From: Candidatus Omnitrophota bacterium
GTDB taxonomy: Bacteria > Omnitrophota > Gorgyraeia > 2-01-FULL-45-10
Reading direction: 5' to 3'
Assembly: GCA_903843285.1 (NCBI GenBank)
Contig: CAIMPC010000010.1
Location: 968 to 64,967 of the forward strand
Length of the DNA: 64,000 nt
Part shown: in pieces, positions 57,119 to 64,000 of the stretch
Layout of the letters: each line of letters begins with the position of its first letter
Numbering within the stretch: the stretch's first letter is position 1
The notes under the pieces: generated by a model
The model's input: only the letters and a program-made list of their open reading frames with translations
What the model was told of the DNA's origin: nothing
The model's database searches: none
Position numbers and translations under genes: made by a program

Positions 57119-57868
57119 ATGAAGAAGTTGGTTTTGCTGCGTCATGGCGAGAGTACATGGAACAAAGAGAATAGATTCACCGGCTGGACCGATGTCGACC
57201 TGTCTGATAAGGGTAGGGACGAGGCGGTGAAGGCGGGAGAGGTGTTGAAGAAGGAAGGTTTCGTATTTGATGTGGCTTATACATCGGTATTAAAGAGAGC
57301 GATATTTACGCTATGGTCGGTGCTTGGCAAGATGGATCTCATGTGGGTGCCTATTTACAATTCGTGGAGGCTTAATGAACGGCACTACGGCGCTTTGCAA
57401 GGACTCAATAAGGCGGAGACAGCAGCAAAGTTCGGTGAGGGCCAGGTATTAATATGGAGAAGGAGCTATGATGTACCGCCGCCGCCGTTGGAGAATAACG
57501 ACCCGAGAAATCCACGCAATGATCCGCGCTATAAGGGATTATCGGATAAGGATCTTCCGCTTACCGAGTGTTTAAAAGATACTGTGGCAAGATTTCTGCC
57601 TTACTGGCATGAGACTATTGCGCCCATGGTTCTTAGCGGGAAGAGAGTGATCATAGCCGCTCACGGTAATAGCCTCAGGGCGCTGGTTAAGTATCTCGAC
57701 AATATTCCGGACGATAAGATCGTGAGCTTGAATATTCCTACGGGGCTTCCTCTGGTATACGAACTGACGGATGATCTGAAGCCGATAAAGAGCTATTATT
57801 TGGGTGATCCCGAAGAAGTGAAGAAGGCGATGGAGGCAGTTGCTAATCAGGGGAAAGCGAAGAAATGA
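57119..57868 (+). CDS. gpmA: 2,3-bisphosphoglycerate-dependent phosphoglycerate mutase
   Basis: [27 protein letters not shown] catalytic His motif. RHYG and [10 protein letters not shown] present. Confidence 0.9.
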   Translation: MKKLVLLRHGESTWNKENRFTGWTDVDLSDKGRDEAVKAGEVLKKEGFVFDVAYTSVLKRAIFTLWSVLGKMDLMWVPIYNSWRLNERHYGALQGLNKAETAAKFGEGQVLIWRRSYDVPPPPLENNDPRNPRNDPRYKGLSDKDLPLTECLKDTVARFLPYWHETIAPMVLSGKRVIIAAHGNSLRALVKYLDNIPDDKIVSLNIPTGLPLVYELTDDLKPIKSYYLGDPEEVKKAMEAVANQGKAKK

Positions 57869-59436
57869 AGATAAGAAGGGCTCTTATAAGCGTATCCGAT
57901 AAGACAGGGCTGGAAGAGCTTGTGAGGGTATTAAATAAATTTGGAGTGGAGATACTCTCCACCGGAGGTACGTCTAAGGCGATAGCCGCCCTCGGCATAC
58001 CGGTTAAGGATGTCTCGAGCTATACGGGTTTTCCGGAGATGTTGGATGGGCGAGTAAAGACGCTTCACCCTAAGATACACGGCGGTATATTAGCCTTACG
58101 CGATGATAAAGAGCATATGGACACCGTCCGAAAATACGACATAGGGCTTATAGATATGGTAGTCGTTAATCTGTATCCGTTTGAAAAGATCGTGTCGAAG
58201 CCATCCGTAAAACTGGAAGAGGCCATAGAGAATATCGATATCGGCGGGCCTTCGATGCTGAGGAGCGCGGCTAAGAATTGCAGGTCTGTATGCGTTATAT
58301 GCGATATAGGTGATTATAAGAGAGTTATTGAAAATATGGAGAATACATCCGGTAGCGTGGCGGAGGAGCTCCTCGCAGAGCTCGGAGCGAAAGTATTTGC
58401 CAGGACCTCATCATACGATGCGGCTATTTACGATTATCTGAAGCCGCATACCGCATGCGCCCGGACGCTTACGGATGGTTTTCCTTTGGAACTCAAGCTG
58501 GATTATAAGAAACTGCAGGATCTTCGTTACGGCGAAAATCCCCACCAAAAGGCGGCGTTCTATAAGGACGTTACGTCCGATGAGCCCGGGATGGCCTCTG
58601 CTGTTCAGTTGCATGGAAAAGAGCTCTCGTTCAATAATATCATAGATCTTAATGCCGCCATGGAAGTGGTTAAGGAATTTGATCGGCCTGCCGCAGTTAT
58701 TATAAAACACACAAACCCCTGCGGCGCAGCCTCGGCGGATACTTTGAAACAGGCTTACCTCGACGCGCTCGATTGTGACCGGCAGAGCGCATTCGGGAGT
58801 ATCGTAGGATTTAATGGGCCGGTGGATATGACGCTGGCTAAAACCATACTCGAGGAAGCCGATTTTGTGGAATGCATAATCGCGCCTTCTTACGATGCCG
58901 ATGCGGTCGAGGCATTTAAGAAAAAGAAGAATCTGAGATTGATCGAAGTGAAAAATTTTGGCCGAAAAGAGGCTAACTCATCTCCTGATATGAAGAAAGT
59001 GACGGGCGGGCTTCTGATACAGGATCGGGATATGCGTGGGATTGAAGAATCGGACCTTAAGGTCGTTACTAAAAAGAAGCCGACTAAAGACGAACTCAAT
59101 TCGCTTCTCTTCGGATGGCTTATTGCAAAACACGTGAAGTCGAACGCCATAGTCCTGTGTCGTGGTACCAAGACTATCGGTATCGGCGCAGGCCAGATGT
59201 CCAGGGTGGGTTCGGTTAAGATAGCCGCCGATAAAGCGGGCGGGCGGTCGAACGGTTCGACCCTTGCAAGCGACGCTTTCTTCCCGAAAGATGATGGCAT
59301 CGCTACAGCCGCGCGCGCAGGTGTCACGGCTATAATACAGCCTGGCGGATCGATAAGGGACCCTGAGGTTATCGGGAAGGCCGATGAACTCGGCATCTCG
59401 ATGATATTTACCGGAGTCAGGCACTTCAAACACTAA
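57865..59436 (+). CDS. purH: bifunctional AICAR transformylase / IMP cyclohydrolase
   Basis: N-terminal MGS-like domain ([12 protein letters not shown]...LSTGGT) and C-terminal AICARFT domain. Overlaps gpmA stop by 4 nt. Confidence 0.9.
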   Translation: MKIRRALISVSDKTGLEELVRVLNKFGVEILSTGGTSKAIAALGIPVKDVSSYTGFPEMLDGRVKTLHPKIHGGILALRDDKEHMDTVRKYDIGLIDMVVVNLYPFEKIVSKPSVKLEEAIENIDIGGPSMLRSAAKNCRSVCVICDIGDYKRVIENMENTSGSVAEELLAELGAKVFARTSSYDAAIYDYLKPHTACARTLTDGFPLELKLDYKKLQDLRYGENPHQKAAFYKDVTSDEPGMASAVQLHGKELSFNNIIDLNAAMEVVKEFDRPAAVIIKHTNPCGAASADTLKQAYLDALDCDRQSAFGSIVGFNGPVDMTLAKTILEEADFVECIIAPSYDADAVEAFKKKKNLRLIEVKNFGRKEANSSPDMKKVTGGLLIQDRDMRGIEESDLKVVTKKKPTKDELNSLLFGWLIAKHVKSNAIVLCRGTKTIGIGAGQMSRVGSVKIAADKAGGRSNGSTLASDAFFPKDDGIATAARAGVTAIIQPGGSIRDPEVIGKADELGISMIFTGVRHFKH

Positions 59437-59439
59437 TGC

Positions 59440-60756
59440 ATGACCTACCAAGAAGCTTTACAATATCTTAGCCAATTCATAGATTTCGAAAAGAAAGATA
59501 GCTACTCATATAACCTTTCCTTCAAGCTCGACAGGATGAGAATGTTGTGCTCTCTTCTGGGCGATCCTCAGGTCGGGATGAAGTCCATACATGTCGCGGG
59601 CACTAAGGGTAAGGGTTCCACCGCCGCAATAATTCAATCGATTCTTATGGTTTCAGGATTCCGTGTCGGGCTCTATACATCTCCGCACCTTGTATCGTTC
59701 CGCGAGAGGATAAGAATAGGAGACGAAATAATATCCGAGGAAGATGTCTGCGCCCACCTGGGCACAGTGAGGATCGCTGTGGATAAGATGGGCCAGGATA
59801 AACCCTCATTCTTCGAGGTGTATACTGCGCTGGCATTCCTTTATTTCAAAGACAAAGATATCGATTTTGCCGTTTATGAAACCGGCCTGGGGGGAAGATT
59901 AGATGCAACCAACGTTATAGACCCGTTGGTATCGGCAATTACCCCTATAAGTTTTGATCATACGCAAATCCTGGGGGATAGCCTTGCAAAGATAGCCATG
60001 GAGAAGGCCGGAATTATTAAAGAAGATGGTATATGCGTCTCGGCTCCGCAGGAGGATGAGGCGCTGAAAGTTATAGATGACGTATGCGCCGAGAAAGGTT
60101 CCCAGCTGATATTGGTCGGCCGCGACATAATTTTTAAAGACCTGAGTGCCAGCGACGAAGAGATGGTATTTAATCTGACAGGATTGTTCGGTAAGCATGC
60201 AAACCTGCATCTGAAACTTCTCGGATTTCATCAGATGGTAAATGCCGCGGTGGCTATAGGAGTGGTCGATTCACTCCGCCTGAGCGGGATATCGGTAGGG
60301 GATGACGCGATAAGGAAGGGCATCGAGTCCGCCAGATGGCCGGGCAGGCTCGAGGTGGTGAGAAAGAGAAGCCCGCGCATTATACTCGATGGCGCCCAGA
60401 ATAAGGCCAGCGCCGATCAGCTGTCGCGATCAGTCAGGAGATTGTTCAAGTATAAGAGATTGATCCTCGTCCTGGGAGTATCCAAAGATAAAGACATTAA
60501 GGGTATATTGAAAGAGCTTGTGCCGATAGCAGATTCTATAGTACTGACAAAATCGAAACTAATCGAGCGCGCTATGGAGCCCGAGCGGATAAAAGATTTG
60601 ATAACACCAAAAACGAAAGATGTCGCTGTCACTATGAGCACTAAAGAAGCGCTCGATAAGGCGATGTCTCAGGCAAGCCCGTCGGATCTTATTCTGGTGA
60701 CGGGATCGCTATTTGTGGTGGGTGAGGCGCGGGAAATTCTGGTGAAGAATGAGTAG
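59440..60756 (+). CDS. folC: folylpolyglutamate synthase / dihydrofolate synthase
   Basis: Mur-ligase P-loop HVAGTKGKGSTAA, ARWPGRLE, and C-terminal Mur ligase domain. Confidence 0.85.
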   Translation: MTYQEALQYLSQFIDFEKKDSYSYNLSFKLDRMRMLCSLLGDPQVGMKSIHVAGTKGKGSTAAIIQSILMVSGFRVGLYTSPHLVSFRERIRIGDEIISEEDVCAHLGTVRIAVDKMGQDKPSFFEVYTALAFLYFKDKDIDFAVYETGLGGRLDATNVIDPLVSAITPISFDHTQILGDSLAKIAMEKAGIIKEDGICVSAPQEDEALKVIDDVCAEKGSQLILVGRDIIFKDLSASDEEMVFNLTGLFGKHANLHLKLLGFHQMVNAAVAIGVVDSLRLSGISVGDDAIRKGIESARWPGRLEVVRKRSPRIILDGAQNKASADQLSRSVRRLFKYKRLILVLGVSKDKDIKGILKELVPIADSIVLTKSKLIERAMEPERIKDLITPKTKDVAVTMSTKEALDKAMSQASPSDLILVTGSLFVVGEAREILVKNE

Positions 60757-62152
60757 CGCAAAGAATATGATAATGGACCGGACCATAGTGGCGATATCCA
60801 CGCCCATCGGCGAAGGCGGTATAGGCATAGTCCGCTTAAGCGGTCCGTCGAGCTTCGCGATAGCCGATGAGATATTCTCACCCAGCTCCGGCAATAAGCC
60901 GTCAGAATGCCCGACGCATACGATCCATTATGGCAGGATCAAAGATCCCGGGACATCCGAGGTCCTGGATGAAGTGATAGTTACGTTAATGCGCGCGCCT
61001 AAGAGCTATACGAAAGAAGACGTTGTAGAGATAAATTGCCACGGGGGGATCCAGTCGGTTAAGAAGATCCTGGACCTTACGGTAAAGTGCGGCGCCAAAA
61101 TGGCCGAGCCGGGCGAGTTCACTAAGAGGGCATTTCTAAACGGCAGGATAGACCTGGCCCAGGCGGAAGCAGTCCTCGACGTCATACGCTCGAAAACCGA
61201 TGGCTCTCTGAAGGTTGCCATGGCTCAGCTCGATGGAGAGCTCTCCAGAAATATAAATGAGATAAGAGATCAAATATTGGATATCACATCGGAGATCGAA
61301 GCCGCGATAGATTTTCCGGAGGAAGAGATTAAAGATACCGAGCGAACGACGATATCGGAGGCCATAGATAAGGCTATAGCGCAACTGCACAAATTGATCA
61401 GTACTTACGACGAGGGCCAGATATTCAGAGAGGGAGTGCTTGCAGTAATATGCGGCAGGCCGAATGCGGGCAAGTCGAGCCTGATGAATCTTTTACTCAA
61501 AAGAGACAGGGTTATAGTCTCCGCCATACCAGGTACGACGCGTGACGCGGTCGAAGAGATGATCAGTCTGAGAGGTATCCCGATAAGGCTCGTAGATACA
61601 GCAGGTATAATAGATACTAAGGATCCTCTCGAGAGGGAGGGTATAATCCGCAGTAAAAGATATCTTGCCCGGGCGGATATAGTCATACTGCTTCTTGATT
61701 CCTCGGTCTATATGGAAGAGGCAGACAGGGATATCATAAAGATATGTGAAGGTAAGAAGGTCGTGGCGGTGTTGAATAAGACGGACCTTCCGAGAAAGAT
61801 AGATATTAAATCCGTTTGGGATATTTTACCGGGAAGCAAATTGATCGAGATATCGGTCGAGAAACGAAAAAATATAGAGATGCTCGAGAAAGAGATAGCT
61901 GACGTGATATGGTCCGGCGATTTCACGCAGGGGCAAGGCGCGATATTGAACAATGCCCGCCATAAGGAGCTCCTTGACAAAGCTCTTTCAAATATGCTAT
62001 CTGTTAAAAAGGCTTTTAAAGAGGACCAGCCTGAAGAGACATTGTCTATCGACCTGAAGGAAGCGATAACGGCCTTGGGGCTTGTGATAGGTAAGTCAAT
62101 TTCAGACGATATACTGGATAGGATTTTCGAACGATTTTGCATAGGGAAGTGA
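60749..62152 (+). CDS. mnmE: tRNA modification GTPase MnmE (TrmE)
   Basis: N-terminal THF-binding domain (IVAISTPIGEGGIGIVRLSG), G domain (GRPNAGKSSLMN, DTAG) and C-terminal CIGK motif. Overlaps folC by 8 nt. Confidence 0.85.
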   Translation: MSSAKNMIMDRTIVAISTPIGEGGIGIVRLSGPSSFAIADEIFSPSSGNKPSECPTHTIHYGRIKDPGTSEVLDEVIVTLMRAPKSYTKEDVVEINCHGGIQSVKKILDLTVKCGAKMAEPGEFTKRAFLNGRIDLAQAEAVLDVIRSKTDGSLKVAMAQLDGELSRNINEIRDQILDITSEIEAAIDFPEEEIKDTERTTISEAIDKAIAQLHKLISTYDEGQIFREGVLAVICGRPNAGKSSLMNLLLKRDRVIVSAIPGTTRDAVEEMISLRGIPIRLVDTAGIIDTKDPLEREGIIRSKRYLARADIVILLLDSSVYMEEADRDIIKICEGKKVVAVLNKTDLPRKIDIKSVWDILPGSKLIEISVEKRKNIEMLEKEIADVIWSGDFTQGQGAILNNARHKELLDKALSNMLSVKKAFKEDQPEETLSIDLKEAITALGLVIGKSISDDILDRIFERFCIGK

Positions 62153-62164
62153 CAGGAGAATATA

Positions 62165-62722
62165 ATGGATAAGAAGCGAATTGAAAAAGCTGTCAGGGAG
62201 ATACTTTTGGCCGTAGGAGAGGATGTCACGCGGCATGATATAAAGGATACGCCGAGCAGGGTTGCAGATATGTATGAGGAGATACTCGGCGGCACTAAGG
62301 TTAATCCTGAGAAAGAGCTCGAGGTGGTCTTTGAGAAAGAACACGACGAGATAGTGCTCTTAAAAGGCATTCCGCTATATTCCATGTGTGAACATCATAT
62401 GCTGCCATTTATCGGTACCGCGCATGTGGCGTATATACCCAGCCATAATCGCGTAACCGGTTTAAGTAAGATAGTAAGGGTGGTCGATACGTTCTCCAGG
62501 CGCCTACAGGTACAGGAGCGGCTCACCACCGACATCGCGGATCTTATCATGAGGAAGCTGAAGCCGAAAGGCGTACTGGTGGTCATCGAGGCCGAACATC
62601 TCTGCATGAGCATGAGAGGTGTCAATAAGCCGGGCGTTATGACCGTAACCAGCGCTGTGCGCGGAATATTCCTGAAGAGCGATAAGACCAGATCCGAAGC
62701 CCTCGCGCTAATTCGCAGTTGA
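62165..62722 (+). CDS. folE: GTP cyclohydrolase I
   Basis: Conserved [24 protein letters not shown] and RVQERLT motifs. Confidence 0.9.
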   Translation: MDKKRIEKAVREILLAVGEDVTRHDIKDTPSRVADMYEEILGGTKVNPEKELEVVFEKEHDEIVLLKGIPLYSMCEHHMLPFIGTAHVAYIPSHNRVTGLSKIVRVVDTFSRRLQVQERLTTDIADLIMRKLKPKGVLVVIEAEHLCMSMRGVNKPGVMTVTSAVRGIFLKSDKTRSEALALIRS

Positions 62723-62795
62723 TGAGGGGCGATTGCGCCCGATATTAGTATTGAATTACCCCGCACCATATAATATAATATCCGTATTATAATAT

Positions 62796-63242
62796 ATGGA
62801 CCCATTTTTCGAATTCAGCAAAAATTATATATTTTTCACGTCCTTGGCGGCCTGGGCGATAGCTCAGACCATAAAGGTCGCGCTTGGCGTGATCAGGGAG
62901 AAGCGCTTTAACTTCAGGTGGTTTGTCGGGACCGGAGGTATGCCCAGCGCGCATGCCGCAAGTGTCGCATCCCTATCCACTTCGATCGGAATAACCTACG
63001 GTTTCGATTCCGCGTTATTCGCAGTAACCTTAGCGTTCACCCTTATAGTTATGTTCGATGCCCAGAGTCTTAGATACTCCTCGGGCAGACAGGCCGAGAT
63101 ATTGAATAAGATGCTCGACGATATATATTGGAAACATAAGCTGGACGATGAGAAACTCAAGGAATTTTTAGGCCATACGCCGATACAGGTATTTGTCGGG
63201 GCGGGCCTTGGGATAGTCGTATCGTTACTGCTTTATAAATAG
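62796..63242 (+). CDS. divergent PAP2 family (DUF212) membrane phosphatase-like protein
   Basis: GGMPSAHAASVASL and FDAQSLRYSSGRQ match the acid-phosphatase/vanadium-haloperoxidase-related family pattern. Confidence 0.7.
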   Translation: MDPFFEFSKNYIFFTSLAAWAIAQTIKVALGVIREKRFNFRWFVGTGGMPSAHAASVASLSTSIGITYGFDSALFAVTLAFTLIVMFDAQSLRYSSGRQAEILNKMLDDIYWKHKLDDEKLKEFLGHTPIQVFVGAGLGIVVSLLLYK

Positions 63243-63250
63243 GATACATT

Positions 63251-64000
63251 GTGCCTGACCTGAATTTAAATAAGAAGATCACGATAATCGTAATAGGCGT
63301 CATTCTCCTATTAATAGCATCCATTGCGCTATATCAGATAGTGGCCAATATCGTATCTCCTTACCATGGGCCGCACGTGACTATTCCGGAGCCGCCAAAA
63401 ATAATCCAGAAAGTCGCAGACCAGCCATCCGATGATACCGTTATTAAGTCCTCCGAAGCCGTCATAGCCGCCAATCCCGAATCGGTTAAGGCCGAAGACG
63501 CCTACTGGCGCCTGGCCTCCACGTATGAGAAGAAGCAGGATCTGTTAAAATCGAGAGAGATATATCAGAAGCTGGTCGAGAAGTTTCCATCTTCTGTGAA
63601 TGTTGCGAAGGCGCAAAATGCCCTGGAAGAGATCAATGTAAGGCTGTTGTTTTCCGGAATACCTACAGAGGATTCTATCGTTTACGAAGTCCAGAAGGGT
63701 GATAACCTGGCCAGGATAGCTAAAAAGTTTAATACGACAGTGGAGCTTATTTCGAAATCAAATGCCCTTAAGGCGGACTTCTTACGATACGGTAAAAGAC
63801 TTAAGATCGCAAAGCATAAATTCAGCATAGTGGTAGATAAGTCTCAGAATATTCTGACGCTTAAGGCAGATGGCAACCTCTTTAAGACGTATAATGTATC
63901 CACCGGGAAGAATTCTTGTACCCCAGTTGGTACGTTTACGATTATCACAAAGATCGTCGATCCTCCATGGTATCCCCCTAAAGGGAAGGTCATAATGCCG
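63251..64000 (+). CDS. LysM domain + L,D-transpeptidase (YkuD) protein, 3' end outside the window
   Basis: GTG start with TM anchor. LysM (YEVQKGDNLARIAKKFNTTVELISKSN). YkuD-like beginning (FSIVVDKSQNILTLKADGNLFKTYNVSTGK). ORF is open to the window end. Confidence 0.65.
   Translation, partial: MPDLNLNKKITIIVIGVILLLIASIALYQIVANIVSPYHGPHVTIPEPPKIIQKVADQPSDDTVIKSSEAVIAANPESVKAEDAYWRLASTYEKKQDLLKSREIYQKLVEKFPSSVNVAKAQNALEEINVRLLFSGIPTEDSIVYEVQKGDNLARIAKKFNTTVELISKSNALKADFLRYGKRLKIAKHKFSIVVDKSQNILTLKADGNLFKTYNVSTGKNSCTPVGTFTIITKIVDPPWYPPKGKVIMP

Overview
This is a 64 kb chromosomal segment from a diderm bacterium; TolC-like, RND, MacAB and LysM/L,D-transpeptidase genes support a Gram-negative envelope. 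It is gene-dense, with about 60 predicted CDS, and every credible gene lies on the + strand. I found no rRNA, tRNA, CRISPR array, transposase or integrase. In order, the content is as follows. A 5'-truncated typA/bipA is followed by an ABC-F / SpoU-TrmH methyltransferase / ABC-F trio. Next come a small CxxC zinc-ribbon protein with a clean terminator, a B12-binding radical SAM enzyme, an SPFH protein and a secreted thioredoxin-retropepsin fusion. After several small membrane or secreted proteins there is a TolC-MacA-MacB efflux operon, a Cys/His-rich permease and an FkbM methyltransferase. An inositol-phospholipid cluster follows: myo-inositol-1-phosphate synthase, CDP-alcohol phosphatidyltransferase, a CarS-like CTP transferase, two PlsC acyltransferases and GtrA. 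A tightly packed operon then encodes a 739-aa coiled-coil protein, an orphan ParA-like ATPase, two small TM/coiled-coil proteins and an 870-aa TPR protein. After a ROK-like regulator come an OEP-MFP-RND-RND efflux operon and a 1,894-aa multidomain orphan protein with a strong sigma70-type promoter. This is followed by a ferredoxin-nitroreductase fusion, a beta-lactamase-family serine hydrolase and small zinc-ribbon and secreted proteins. A cyclophilin PPIase and a DUF3391-like HEAT protein plus HD-GYP phosphodiesterase pair are flanked by two copies of a ~80-90 bp hairpin repeat. The window ends with a housekeeping block (plsC-like, gpmA, purH, folC, mnmE, folE, divergent PAP2) and a 3'-truncated LysM + L,D-transpeptidase gene. 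The most unusual items are the giant protein, the ParA/coiled-coil/TPR operon, the inositol-lipid cluster and the paired hairpin repeats. The giant protein combines a TraB/GumN/Tiki-like domain, a degenerate UDP-glucose-pyrophosphorylase-like domain and an HExxH motif. All domain calls come from reading motifs in the translations; I ran no database search.
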